Assembly (NCBI GenBank): GCA_051294905.1
Contig: CM119385.1
Span: forward strand, 8,494,001-8,558,000
Reading direction: 5' to 3'
DNA from: Botryllus schlosseri
Lineage: Eukaryota
DNA length: 64,000 nt
The position numbers and the translations under genes are program-made. Below the pieces are notes generated by a model. That model had not been told where the DNA came from and ran no database searches. It worked only from the letters and a program-made list of their open reading frames with translations. Shown piece by piece: positions 26,515 through 40,393 of this stretch. The number at the start of each line of letters is the position of its first letter. Position 1 is the first letter of the stretch.

Positions 26515-28542
26515 GTTTCTGGTGTAGTGATGTGACACTACTCGTATTGTTAGAAAAATATATGTATATTATAAAATATATTAGATATACTAAAAATGCA
26601 TCCCTGAAAAGGAACACTACTACATTACTTGGATACTTTTCTAGTTCTTGATATGCGTGTAAGTCGCAAGACTGATTTCAAAATACATGCAATAAGCACA
26701 CAAACATCGGAGCGATAGCGGATTGTCACTGTTTGAGCGCATCGTATTGTAGCCAGTTATAGAACAGCTGTAAAATTCATCAATTGTGAAGTCGTTGAGC
26801 CCATTATCGGCATCTCAAATGGTGATGTAATTCGGAAAATAGTATACTTGAGTATCGATGACAATAGGATTCCAGCTGAGATCATCTCTCGCGCGCACAA
26901 CTCGCCGACGTAATTCACAATGGCTCAACTGTCCTGCGTACCAGTTACTAAACCAAAACTCCATAAAGTCATGACAGCCACAAATCCTATGTCTATTCGC
27001 ATTGCGCGAGTTGATATATGCCTAAAATGCGAAGTCAAATATTCGGCAAGGACAGATTCCTCATTTTTCTCAGAAGAAATTCCCCGCATCGTATTTGTTG
27101 TTACAAACCAATTCATTATAAGCGGTTAATCTCATGTAGTTTTTCTTTCCGCCATGTATACAAAATCAAGGATATATTGATATCTATGCACGAAATATTT
27201 GCTCTTAAAGCTACAGTTTAGTATGGCCGTAACTGAGGGAACGTTATGGACAGTCGAGTCGGGCACTTCAACCATCCTGAAGCACACGTTTGGAATCCCT
27301 ACGTCGAATGACATGGTTATCAAGTTCTAAATATCACCCGTATACCAATCGAGAGTTCTAGGGTCACTCTTTGTTTATCATTATTTTCGAATTATAATAT
27401 TTGTACACACAGGCACACATTGTATCTGATATCGCCAGTAAGATCATCAGCGGGATATAATGAGCAGACTCGTCCATTCAGAGTAAAGTCTAACAACAAT
27501 CCGCAGTATAGCATTTTTTCAAGTCCTCTCTAGGTGGGATTTCAAGTAAGATAATTTGAAATTATGCCGGAAATCACTGGGAAAAAAGAAATATTGTGGT
27601 CGTAATCGTCATTTTTTTCATTTTCGATATACGTCTGCTTTCACTTTGGGGTTTATTTGTGCAATGGCGTTTCGTTGACGTTTGCACTGGGCATGGTATA
27701 CGTCATGGTCGAGTTCAAATAGGTTTGTACAGATTTTAACTGGTAATATACAATTCCTAACAAGCGTGAGAAGACTTAATCCACGGGTATGAGAGGTATA
27801 TAAAATACGACTGATGAACACTCAAACTCAGGCTCGTAAAGCAGGCATCGATGCACTGCAGCTGCTTCCAGCTGCTTCCAAGATAATTTTCCGTTATGAC
27901 TACCTGCATGTCTAACTGCTAGCGCCTGCTCCGATACAGCTTATCTAACGGGAACCTAGTCCTTGCTCAGCTTTTGTTCCATATAGTCCGAACTCCTTGT
28001 TCCTAATTTTAGATCATGCGATTCGGCGTGAATCAACCTTGCCTGTTTGCTCAGGCAGCGGGCATGACGCCGATTCGTTAACAAACGGTTAATTTGAAGA
28101 GGTTTATCGAAAATACGTTGTCCTACTTTGCCGCTTATTCAATTCCTATACCTATTCCACCTCGTATTCGAGAATCCGCGCCACGTGCTTGGGGTTGCGT
28201 TGCATACAAAAGTCGCAGTGGTCCTCACAGTCATGCGATTATTAATCAGAACGGAAACGATACCTCGAACTTACGCTGACCATTTTCGTAAAATCAGAAG
28301 GTTTACCGCCGTCTTACACGACGTGAAAGTTCGTAGACTTCGTAACTTTGGTTATAGAATGCTATCATACTTATACACAAAGTAAATTTGAAATACCTCG
28401 AAATTTAGGCGATAATTGATTGCTGAGCCCTACAGTAAATAAAGGCATGTCTACTTATGTACAATGTACATTATACATGGTGTTCATAACAACATTAAAC
28501 ACTTGGATTGTATCGTTGAATAAATTCTGATATCGCATAATA

Positions 28543-30131
28543 CAGGGGTGGGCAAACTGCGGCGCTTCAGCTTTTGATTGAGGCTCTTTAATGATTGCAC
28601 AATGCAAATGGGTTTCGCCATTTTGCTAGAGAGGTTTTACCTGATTATATATTGATGCATTTTGTGCGTATTGTTACTTGCCTTATAGTTTACGCAAGAC
28701 TTGTAAAATTTAGGGGACGGTGACACTACAAGGTTAGAAATTTGCAATTGAACTCTCGAATCGAGTTCGCATAAACGTTTCACCGGCAACAACGGATGCA
28801 TGGTCATTGGTCATCAATCGACGATAAATCATTGTGTTCAACAATGAACTTGATAATTAATTAAGCCAGCGCAAGTCTTCAACTCAGTCATATTCGGGCT
28901 AACAATGGTGAACATGAACGCTAGGGCTCTTCAAAAATGACTTTTTTTCTCAAATCGTACTGGCTACTTGATAAAATTGTTAGGTTACCTAATTTAAGCC
29001 TACACACAAAATTTGGTTCAATTCCAGCCAGTAACCGCTTTGCTACACAAGAAAGTTTCTATTTAATATATAAAAATAAATAATAAAAAATTTGAAAATT
29101 TTCTGTTCACCCCATGAAAGTGTTAGGCTGTCTAGAGAAACGATGCTCACCAAATTTGGTTCAATTCCAACCAGTGAAAGCGGAGTTATTGCCGTCGAAA
29201 AATTGGGATTTTAATAAAATAGTATTTACGGTGAGCACAACTATAATAAATAAACAAAGAATCGGTCACCGTAAATACTATTTTATTCAAATCAAAATTT
29301 TTCGACGGCAATAACTCCGCTTCCACTGGTTGGAATTGAACCAAATTTGGTGAGCATCGTTTCTATAGACAGCCTAACACTTTCATGGGGTGAACAGAAA
29401 ATTTTCAAATTTTTTGTTATTTATTTTTATATAATAAATAGAAACTTTATTCTCGTGTAGCAAAGCGGTTACTGGCTGGAATTGAATCCAATTTTTTGTG
29501 TAGGCTTAAATTAGGTAACCTAACAATTTTATCAAGTAGCCAGTACGATTTGAGAAAAAAAGTCATTTTTGAAGAGCCCTAATGAACACGTCTCTTCCAT
29601 TTGTATTGAGAAGGCTAGCAATAACTGCAGAGTGTGGCCAAGAAAATGTCGTCGATATTATACCGAGCTGCATGAAATTTTCCTTGAATTGTCATCAGCA
29701 CTTGAAGGAACTGCTCAGCACTGCTTAGACGTGATATCAGCCCGATTTCAGATCAATGTTCCCTCTAGTTTTGACGAGTCTGCGCACACTCACCAACTTA
29801 CTGCGCAGGCCCTTGGAAAACAGTGCGTTACGACTAAAAATAAGGCCATGATTTCGGATATTTTGAGCGCAACTTAGATTTTCTGTGCTCAGAGACCGTG
29901 TCAGCACTGCGCATTTGCGCACGTGCTCAGCTTGGAGGAAACATTGTTTAAGACGCCTTGCAGCCCAGGTGGAGACACATCGTATCACCACAAAACAACA
30001 AACTTCATTCGATAGCCTGCATTTCCTTGTGACATCGTAAATTCGTATTTTTGAATCTTTGAGTTGTGGCTCTGTCAAAGCTAAGATTTTTGATATGCGG
30101 CTCCCTCATGAACCAGGTCTGCCCACCCCTG
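28543..30131. mobile_element. hAT (Charlie-like) non-autonomous element carrying a nested foldback insert
   Basis: TIR CAGGGGTGGGCAAAC ... GTCTGCCCACCCCTG; perfect TSD gcataata (28535-28542, 30132-30139). Confidence 0.9.
28922..29581. mobile_element. Foldback (whole-length palindromic) hAT-type MITE, ~313/316-bp arms with a 31-nt loop
   Basis: 28922-29234 is the near-perfect reverse complement of 29266-29581. Ends TAGGGCTCTTC...GAAGAGCCCTA; TSD atgaacgc/atgaacac (7/8). Confidence 0.93.
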
Positions 30132-33100
30132 GCATAATACATCAAGAATTACACGGAGGTTTCCATACATATCTCAATACTCTCAAGCATGGATGAAACA
30201 TGTTGCAGTCCAATTTCTTTCTTCCTATTTCTAGCTTCTATGGACATGTAACTCCTGCATAATGGGTCATATTCCGAAGTTATGTCTAAATATGATTTCA
30301 TGAAATTTCATATGTTGACCGACAACATACGATGTGGCATTAGTTAGAATCTGTGCAAATACGAGGACAAAAGTAACGATGGTCAAAAGGTGTGGTGGAC
30401 AATTACGCGAATGTCATCTATTGCGTCGAGTGAGAATTGTGCGTCTTTGAATGTCCCGCAAAAATTCTATGAGGTCAGTTCATATGTTATGATCGAATAA
30501 GCGTAATAGCCAGTCCTGGCACTTTTCGTACATGGAATAAAGTAAAGACCAAGACTATACTTACTGACTGAAAACACTTCATAGGGTATGGCAATCAAAA
30601 CACAATCACGAAAGTTCATACAAAAGCAAATACTGCCTAGGAGGATAATACACAAGATTCAATCGATTCCTGACTTTGTATTCTCCCAATATCTTGTTAC
30701 GGTTAGGCTACATATCTTTCGATACGCCATGGCGCAATGAATATACAAACTGATGTAGTGAACTAAATCTTGGTTCATAAAAAGTCAGGCTTGGGTTCTT
30801 GCGTTTTTGAAGTCTACCATATCATATAAAAAGCTGCGCTCTATCGTTATCCTTGTGCAATACGACCCATAGCCCTATACAGGGCACAGTACACTGCAGT
30901 GTACATCTGTGCAAGTGTTATATTGTCCAAGTATCGATGAATGACCGTCACCCTTATACATTTATACAAAGAAAATATATATACAATGACAACAAAGAAA
31001 AGACGAACTTTATTGGATTTACAAGAATTAGCAGTTACGAAATTCAGAAAATGCAGTAAAATTTTAGTGGCGATTCGCACTCTCTTTAAATGCAAGCTTC
31101 AAAAGGAAAGATCTGGAACTGATCTAATTGAAAACAATATATCAACCGTCAAACATTTTTACTTTCTATTGTGGGAGGGGGTGCATATCAGAGGCTTTGA
31201 GAGTGGAATTGGTCCCGTTTGTCCATCTCACCCCGATACAGCATCCTTGCGATTGAACACGCAATCCATTGCTGATCTACAGCAAACCATAACTCATATA
31301 TGTAATTCAAGTAATAGTCAGTTCGGCGAGGTCTGTCTGGTACGCTGGTAACGTCGTCTGCCTGTCGCGCAATGAATCACTATACGCCTCTCGCTTCATT
31401 AACGTGCGGTTGTAATTCCCAACTATAGTTTGCTTTGCAATAACTTTTATCTTACTTCGAGAAGCATTATTACCTTCGACGCTCGTTATATTCCCTACCC
31501 CGGCTCTACGGATACCCATTCATTGCCCTCTGATACAACCGATATGAGTCCTCATGTACCACGTCTACATTACAACGTATACATGTTGGAATAATCTGGT
31601 GAGCAGGTAGCCTACCTTGTGAAAATCGTTCGGTACAGCTAACGCCATGCAGTTATTCCGTATATTGGTGGGTAAAACAAAATTTAGTGAGCATCAGATC
31701 GCTACCAGTGATGTAAATATACCTAAACTTTTAGATAATAACTCATGATCATAACTGACAAAGGCTATCATTTACAACTCCGCATTTTAACTGTCGGGCT
31801 ATTGTAATTCCAAGCGCGACTGTACGTTAGGACACAAGCTAAATTAATTGTTTGTACTATCGATTAAGAGATATTAACTGCACCTTCATCTGTTAACTGC
31901 AGGCTGTTGGCAATTGTCATAATACTAACACTAAACGCGAGCGAGACCTTTCATCGGGCATCGGATTGCCTTATTAAGGTAACCAATTCTATGTAAACAA
32001 TTGCTCGGCTTTCGCTTGTTGTAACAATGGGAAATGAGCAGACCGCAGTTCGGCGTTTAGAAGCGTCAGTGCTTTACTTCACCCTCAACTGATAGTTGAT
32101 ACCGTATAAGACTGAATATACTCACTATAGCATGGAAGGGTACATTCTTAAATCTATAATTTTATAACACAGCATCAACAAGTGCCTAAAGTTTTACAGT
32201 GCTGTTATCGTTTGTTTATTCTTGATACGCCCAGTCGCAAGTACAACTCTCCGTCCTTCTTGTCGATTCACGACTTCTGGAAACGTCTCCCACAATGATA
32301 TGGAATTTCATAATACGATGCGTTGTCAACTGACTATCCATATCTACCCGAAGTCCAATCCCCGGACCATGGAAATGTAGCACGTAGGTAGAGTCTAGCT
32401 AACATGTAGGTATAGTCTCAAAGGTTTCTAGCACGCAAAGGTACATTTTCCATCAGACTGGTCACTGGGGCAATTTCAGAAAATCTGCCTGCTGGTATGT
32501 CTTGTGAAACCGTAACAAAGGCGGTTACGGCAGAGATGTATTGTTTGTTCCGCCGTTGACGCAAAGGACAATAACTTATCCATTTAGGATAAGCGTCCTC
32601 GGAGGAGCCATCGGCATTAAGCAAACGCTATGCTATTTGTTGAACGTTTCTGTGCTACTTGGTTTACACGTGATAGATCGGCGCCATATTTGCACAATTC
32701 CGAAATCCAGCCGTTGCCTCGGACACCGTCAGCTAGCTCCTTTTATTTGTTGATCTGAATATTACGATTACGCCGACGCCGCCAACGACAACTATTTTTA
32801 TGGTTGTCTCACAAAGGCGGTGTGACGGCGTGATTGTCGATCTTTTGGCGTGTTTTGTCTTCGTAATACCAAACGGATATACGATCTATATTTGCATATA
32901 AACACATGGTTATGTTGTGTCTGAATAAGACAATGGTAATAAATCTGTTTACCTGTTATCCGAACTACTGACTAGACGGGTATATAATATCAGTCATGAA
33001 GGTATTTGGGCTGTGTGCAACCGTTGAAACCCTGGTTGCTTCCTTGATCTTACAGCCCAGAATATTGTTATAGTGCGCGTTGTGTAGGTGGAGCATAACT

Positions 33101-33664
33101 TGCTAAACGCTAACCACAAAAGGAGTATCCACTGGTGTGGGTCATGACTCCTGAATGAAATAAATTCCCCAGTCGTGTAATTTGGTCGTAGTAGTTGAAA
33201 TAGTCTATCCCGTGTCACGTATACTAAATAGGTTTGTTTGACTCAATTCCTACTTTCCATTTTCTGGCACCACGGTGACAGCTACACTACAGGGAATCCC
33301 TGTCAGGGACACCAAGTTTGAAACAGTAAAATCCCGGACAAATGAGTAATAATATTGAATAAATATCACAAGTTCCAGAGAATTATAATATACTTTAATT
33401 AGAGTTGGCTTCGGATTAAATGACATCAAAGTCACGTTAGTAATAAGCTTTTCACTTGAAGAGCTACCATATTTGAAAATACCATGCTGTACTCGCGATT
33501 GACGATTATTATTCACGCATCGTGGCGACTGGCCGTCATGAGTGAAGTAACGACGAAGTTGAAGCAGACAGTGAATGGGCTGATAATGTTAGTGATCTTC
33601 AAAAGGTTCAGGAAAAGTGGCAACCTATAAAAGGATCTGCCAAACTACTCCCTGGCGCAGGGAG

Positions 33665-34325
33665 GTAATTATTATTATTATTAATTGTGAAAATGAGCCA
33701 ATGTCGCGCTTATCACCTAATCGGTCTGGTGCGCCACGGCAAAAATTTCGTGACACAAGTCGCAACTCATTTACATATAAATGGCTTAAATCATTACATT
33801 GGGACGAAATCAACGAGAGGCGATAGAAATTCTGGCCGTACGAGAAGGTTATATGTGGTGAATTTCTACGTTCAAGTTAGAGCAAAAATCAAGTAAATAT
33901 GCTCGGTGCCAATCGTATTTCGAAAATGCGAGGGGGAAGTGATCCTCAGTCTCGGGTACAACGCACAAGTCGCACAAAGGCGTGCCGATGCAGCCTATTT
34001 TACATAAAAGCCTTTTTATGCAGCAATGGTGAAAGGTCGGAGCGGAGACGAAATATTATCGTTTCGTACAAGCGAGATCTGTGCACTGAAGGAAACGTCT
34101 GTTGTGGTTTCTCGTTTCTGTATCTCGGTACTCGGCCATCCACTGACACACAGTCCGAGCGTATTTGCGTACTTCGTTCTTGACATCAGTATAAATGTAA
34201 TACCGAGTGCTTCATGACTATCAAGAGCGAAAGCGGCGGTGAAACGTGCAAGTTCGTCTGCAATCTCATTGCCGGGAATTCCACTATGTCCTGGAACCCA
34301 GGTGAAGGCAACGTCCCTGACGCAG
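33665..34325 (-). mobile_element. Degenerate 3' fragment of an I-clade-like LINE (RNase H end plus CCHC-type tail)
   Basis: Minus-strand translation gives VAFTWVPGHSGIPGNEIADELAR (RNase H C-terminal motif), then with frameshifts IIFRLRS..RLLCKIGCIGTPLCDLCVVPETEDH. It ends in (TAA)n at ~33665-33685. Confidence 0.85.
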
Positions 34326-35766
34326 ATTATAACACCAAAATCTCTGAATTGTTCGGGTAAATCCTAAAGTATGGCAACCTAAGCTATAGTGAAACCTATA
34401 CTATAGTATAGCTGTCACGAAATATTTATGAAGCCTGGATCTAAATGTTCTTCCAATTCATGCACCCTAAACGACAATCGTGTATTTCACGGTATTTCGC
34501 AGATTTCCAGTTTCGACCATGGTGTCTGATGCAAATCAATCAAATATATAAGCCCACTTGCCGGTACCAAATTGTACTTTTACATGCACCCATTCCAATT
34601 GGTGAAAACTACACCAAATCGTATGGAAATATACCCGAGTGGCGGAGTCGGTTCTGTTTAATAAATCCAAGAAGGCCAAAATGATTGTAACCAGTACACG
34701 CTAAACATTCGTAGGATGTATTTCCATAATTAATGGTGTACTTGACTCGTTTTCATGCATTGGAACAAGTGTGAAAGCAAATTTTCGTACTAGCAAGTGC
34801 TGTTGGCACGATTTCCACCTTACACCATGGCGAAAATTTGGTTGTTTTATACGGGCTGTTCCCTGAACCTATAGTTAGAGCGTTGGGTGCGTCAAAACTT
34901 CAGTCTAAATTCGGCGAAGATTGTTCATATTGGTGTGATGACAACGCTCAGTAAATAACAGAGCATGCGTAATAAAGCGCTGAACAAATGAATTGCTATT
35001 ACGCCATAAATCTATGGAGGCCTAACCAAAGACCAAGAAGTTTACACAGCCAAGTTTACTGTTGTCTAACGATGTTTCCTACCGCAGTTACGTCAACAGC
35101 GAAGACTCTGCCGAAATCGTGTTTGCAAACATTTATGAATTATTTCCATTCCAATGGGTTACCACGGGGCCTACGATATTGAATATATGAATATCGTAGA
35201 CCCTGGTTACCATAATTTCAACTTGGCCATATTTACATTACCGAAACACCAAAACAAAAGCATCTGTAACAGGATTTCAGCATCTCAGATTTGCGTAGTT
35301 GATGCTAGTTTTATGACGTATCCTTAACGAGACTTCACCACTAAACCTAAGTACAATAAACTAAACAATACTCTCACTCAGTATTACTAACGCCTGGATG
35401 TCTGTAACGGGGTAAGCTCACACCGTTTGTCGGTTACTTGAATAGATATCAATGTAGGCTATATGCCAATGGTAAATTATCAGCAATGAATACGAAAACA
35501 ACACGAGAGGTACAGATAATTGAAAGAGTAAAGTCAAGCTTCCAAATCAATATTGAGATATTATTAGTATGGGCTAATTTCGCAGTATCATCAAAATGTA
35601 ATTATGAAACATCTCACCAAGGGAATGGAACCATTTCCTATTCGGAGTCAGGACAATGTACAGGACATAGGTCCCGTGATCGGTTGGGGTCATAAGGTCA
35701 TTTATTAAGGATGATACATTGTAGATTCGGATACAAAATTGAGTGAAAAGGAGGAATTGTTATGAC

Positions 35767-36787
35767 TAGGACGATTTTTTTACTTGAAAAACTAAATATT
35801 TTGACTAAAAATGAAAATTCGCACATTCGCCTTTGGATACTTATCTTCATTTCAGGTTGGAACTGTCTTTCCTTACGAAGTAGTTTTGTAGTTTTTAAAA
35901 CTTTCGTCTTAAAAACGGACAAAATTTGACACGAAAAAACTTTATTTTAACGAAATCTGGCCCTATGAAGAATTCCAGTAGTTACATCACGCATTATGGT
36001 AGAAATAATCAAAATTTGTTGTAGTACAACCAGGGCTTTGGAGCTGGCGTCAATTTTAAACAATTTGAATAGGCCTCGTTAAAAAAAGGTAGCGCCAACG
36101 AGGCAACTATGCTTAATTTTGTGAACGATTAACGTAAAATTTTGTGATTACAGCAAAAAGTATTAGCATAGCATTTTATAAAATACATCGGAGCCGGAGC
36201 TACTTTTCAAATAACTGGCTCCAGCTCTGGCTCCAGCTCCGGCTACGTTGAAAGTACACGGCTCCGGGCTCCGGCTTCAAAGCCCTGAGTACAAGGAAAT
36301 ATACTTTCCTACATCCTCAGATTGAAAGTGTCAGTCTCTAGTAAGTAGCTTATCAAGAATGGAGAAAGAACGCTTAACAGCAGCCGTTGTTGTCTGGCAA
36401 CACTGAGGTTGCGCGCACACCCATGGTGACACACTGTGTTGCTTCATTCTGGCAATGTTGTCTACATCACAATTTTTTATCATACGCTTCTTAATATAAG
36501 AATCAATGCCCACGCAGTTTTGCGTTAGTTAGGATATTGCGGTACGTAGAGCACCATGTCATCCTATTTCTTTCATTTGACCGTTTATGATTCACAATGA
36601 CCAGACAATGGACCTTCTACAACGGTAGGCCCATAACGTAGGCTACAAGACGTAAATGTCAAATGATATGTTCACTGACAGTACAAACATCTACGATACA
36701 AACGAAATGCAGGTTGCAAAATTTCTTTGACTTTGTAAACAATTTTGACAAGATTTTGACTTTTTGACATGTCAAAAAACCGCCCTA
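35767..36787 (+). mobile_element. Non-autonomous hAT (TAGGGCG family) with a residual transposase dimerization motif and a nested MITE
   Basis: Ends TAGGACGATTTTTT...AAAAAACCGCCCTA; TSD gttatgac/attatgac. Minus ORF 36331-36513 includes TTTAAVKRSFSILDKLL (cf. hAT S.A.VERSFS). Confidence 0.88.
36031..36287. mobile_element. Small hAT MITE with GGAGC(C/T)/GGCTCC subterminal repeats, nested in 35767-36787
   Basis: TIR CAGGGCTTTG...CAAAGCCCTG; TSD agtacaac/agtacaag (7/8). The segment is absent from the 5471-6297 paralog. Confidence 0.88.
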
Positions 36788-36882
36788 ATTATGACCGATG
36801 TACGCCGTGTTTCAAATATGACGTCACACGGTGGTTAACGTGGCACGTTAGTCGCGACAGTCCCAACTCATAACGCACACGG

Positions 36883-39350
36883 TCATACGTGAAGGAAATG
36901 CAGCCCAAAAAATGAGGCTCCCTCCCCGACGGTGTAAAATGCACCCTTTTGATAAAATATCGGTTTTACGGCGATTTTGTCGCCCGTGCTGAGATAGAAT
37001 ATGCCTGCTTGGTATCCGGAATCGGTAGACTGCGTGGCTTCTTCATGATCGTTACCAGCGGATGCACTGAAATGCGGCAAATGTTAGACGTTTTACCCGA
37101 AGAAGTAGTCGGCTTAACTCACAGCTGTTGAGTAGTTAACGACGTCATCAGGTTTCTTTCCTGTTCGTTGGATATTTTAATCGTTCGATGACCAGCGGGG
37201 AAGAGTCCGTTTCCGTTGTATCGAATCTGGAAATATATTACTGTCGTTAGGTGGTGTGCTGCGGGCAAACCTGATAAATGAATTTGCAGTTACAGATCGC
37301 AGTAAGCTATATGAAGTAAGTACCTGTGAATAGATGAAGTAAAATCCAGCCTTGTGTATGCGTGCGGTCGTTCCGAGTCTTTCCTGTCGGATATCGATAG
37401 TCGCAAATGAGTCCGGTCCACTAGATTCCCAGCGGAAATAATGACCTGCCGTGGCGACAGAAAACTGGTGATGGCGGATTGCTTATTTCGTACAGTACAA
37501 TGATTCCACAGAAATTGTTCAAAAAATTACTGCGCATAAGCAAACTGTTGTCTTCTTGGACAAATTGAAAACTCTGGTATTCACGAGCATTATATCTGCC
37601 ATGTTTGAGTGCCTATGTGTCTATTATAGACTATACGAGCTCACATCTACCGGCCGATTCGGAGAAAATGAAACTCCTTCAATTATATTCTAGCTAAAAT
37701 AATAGATATTCGTATTATTTCGGAATTAGAGAACAAAACAATACGCTTACCTAGAAGCGGCGCTTGAGAAGCTCCATATCTCACATTTCGTCCTCGCGCA
37801 GCAGTGAGATGGGCAGCGATGAATTCTAAGATGATAGAAAATCACTTGGTCACTGCAGAGTGTGGCTAATAAGCTGTACCCCACATATTTATAGAGAGAT
37901 GCAAAGTACGAATTATACGTATGCTGACCACTGGAAAATAGGGAAACAGGGGTCTACAACATTTTCGATAATCGATAACGCCACACTATATATATATATT
38001 GGAGCTAGGAGGAATTCAAGCCTATTTGCGCGCCTATTTTCCGAAAACTTTCAAGCAGTAGATTAGAAGCATCACCTTCTTCAGCCCAGTCAAGCATTGC
38101 TTCGTCTTCGCCAAGATTTGCTTGTCGCTGAAACAACAAAATTCGGTTTCAAATATTACATTCACGAATCAGATGGAGATAATTTATGCGATTCGTGGTC
38201 ACATGAACATGCAACACTTGAGCATGTGGGTTGAAGTTAATGTGAGGGGGATCAAATTGAGTTCGTATCGAAGCTGGGGTTAGGGTTAGTTTTGTGGTTA
38301 GAAATTCACATGGTTAAATGTCGCATGTATTGCTGATGTGTCCCACTGGCTACTAAACCGTCATATTTTATTGTGTCGCATGCTTAATTTTCAGTCCACC
38401 AGTTTATGCTTCCTGACAACGCCACTTGTCTGAAGCAACAATTTGTAATAACTCATCGTAGACTTGGATAGTTTCAGCTCATATGTAAATGCAAACATTC
38501 GGGACATTCCAAATATATACCGTACTTTTTGTCGCGTCCTTTCTGGTCGCTGAAGATCCATCGTAGAAATCTGTATACACGAATGATAGCTGAATGATGA
38601 TATGTGAGCTAAATCAATCTTACAAAAATGGATAGGCCATAACAGGTCTAATTCTGGAACGTGACAAAAATCATTGCGTCTCCACTAGACCTACACCAAC
38701 CGATAATCCCAATACCGCGGTGCACTTATCAATAGAAATAATAACATTATATATCTCAAAGCGCAAGAGCGAGACTGTGTAATCGTTGTGCGTCCGGCTT
38801 CTCGATCGGTAGGTCGTGGGTTCGATCCCCGGACGGGTCATACCAAAGACTCGAAAATTGGTATCCGCAGCTATCCTGCTAGGCGCTCAGCAATCACGGA
38901 TAGCATGGAGGAGAAAAAAACGAGGGCGCAGACTAGATGACCTCATGGCCGTATCGCAACTCTGTCGTAAAAGCATCTCGGTGGTGCAGGCGAAAAAGTA
39001 ATATCATCTCTCTCTCTCAAGAAATAAGTCATTTCCAGTCAATACTGAATGTTACTTATTGACACCAGCAGTAGTAAAAGATTATATATATATCTGATAT
39101 TGCGGTACTATAGTACCCTAGCGCACACAGACGCGTTCTAGTTCCGTACCTCATAGATCTTATAAGTAGACTTGCGAAAATTTCATATGCTCGATAATTC
39201 AGTATAGATAGTTAATCGAATTACCTCTCGCCTGATTTCTATCTTCGTGTAAACTACCATGAGACCAAATCCAATCACGATAATCGCAAAATTGCAAGCA
39301 ATCTGCCTTTCCTTCGAAAAATTCCATTTCTTCCTGCGGCCTGTATCCAT
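36883..39350 (-). CDS. TNF-superfamily ligand (type II membrane protein)
   Basis: Exon 39350-39225: MDTGRRKK...IACNFAIIVIGFGLMVVYTK (basic N-terminus plus TM). TNF homology domain exons: 37825-37751 (FIAAHLT), 37445-37324 (FRWES...KAGFYFIYSQ), 37226-37123, 37066-36883 (GYQAGIFYLSTGDKIAV...GASFFGLHFLHV*), with matching phases. Stalk exons 38570-38521 and 38127-38076 are likely, but their phase link to exon 1 was not resolved. Confidence 0.88.
38766..39018 (+). mobile_element. tRNA-derived SINE in TNF intron, possibly Meta-type central domain
   Basis: B box GGTTCGATCCC at ~38819, followed by GGGTCATACCAAAGACT..AAAATTGGTA...CCTGCTAGGCGCTCAGCA, and a (TC)n tail near 39006-39018. The Meta assignment is from memory of the motif and unverified. 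Confidence 0.75.
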
Positions 39351-40301
39351 TATTCGTCTTCTCTGTTCCACAAAGTTTACCGATTGAGGTGCAAATTGTC
39401 CGAAAAGCAATGCACTATTCCTCGTAGTATCGCACACTTGTAGCTGTCGCAGTGACGATTGGGCAGGTATTACATCAGGAGTAATTCCAATCGCCTTTGA
39501 TTAGTGCTATGACTTCCGATTACGTTTGGAAGTATCATCTATCCATGCTGGGCAATGGTTTCACGTTTTCCTGTCCTGACCTCAAAATGTTGTTTGCTGA
39601 CTTTCAAATAAGCTTTTTATTGTGATGAATGATCATTCTCTCTCTTTTCTGTAAATTGTTGCCGATATGGATTTGATTGAATAACTTAAACGAAGATTTG
39701 CTAAGACAACTTGAAATGCGGTTGTCCTATTGCTGATTTGCTGCAGCAAGGGCCACCTAAAATCATGTGCATGTTTTGCGCGCAAGAGCAAGTCTTGAAT
39801 GAAATAAAAGTAGGCTTGCAGTATATAGTTTATTATCGATGATGAATTGGCGCAGGACCCAGACTACTAAACAATAATATGCTCGCATAATGAATTGAAA
39901 TTATAGATCCAATGAACACTTGAAACTACGCAGCAATTAAATTAAATAAAAGACACGAAGTGATTGGTATACCGATAAATTGATATATTGAGACCATATA
40001 CTCCGGATTTGAGCTACATATGCAAGTCCAAGTTCAAATCCTGTATTACTTTTGTGCCGTAGCATGCCCGAATATAAGTCATCCAGATCTCCGGATACGA
40101 ATCCAGATATTCGTCCGCCTGCATTCCGAAGTGTAACTCCAATTTTACCGCGAACTCCATGTTTCCTGCAAAAATGGGAGAAAAAAGGTTGAATGTCTCA
40201 AACAATATTGCAAGTTTGCAAAATCGACTTTCTCGTGGTTCCTATTGGTATTGCACTACTGGTAAATGATAAATGCTCTTCGCGCATCTTTATTGTTTCA
40301 T

Positions 40302-40313
40302 TATGACGTCATA
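40302..40313. promoter_or_regulatory. Palindromic CRE/ATF site (TATGACGTCATA) ~80 bp upstream of the TM/coiled-coil gene ATG
   Basis: 12-bp palindrome containing TGACGTCA in the divergent TNF / cTAGE5-like intergenic region; function inferred. Confidence 0.4.
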
Positions 40314-40393
40314 GTGGACGTGCTAAATGTAAAAATTCATGAAATATCTACAATGCATCAACATATTCCAATACCGCGAACTCGAAAGCAAGT

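Noticed and set aside
32235-32490. Apparent Ig-like exon (…CQLTIHIYPK…GPWKC) on the plus strand
   Set aside because: The GPWKC motif is in a different frame from the upstream part, which hits TAG; no consistent exon chain found.
30400-33620. Second TNF paralog or other gene in this interval
   Set aside because: Several protein-like fragments on both strands, but no TNF signature (AAHL, YFIYSQ, FFG) and no phase-consistent model.
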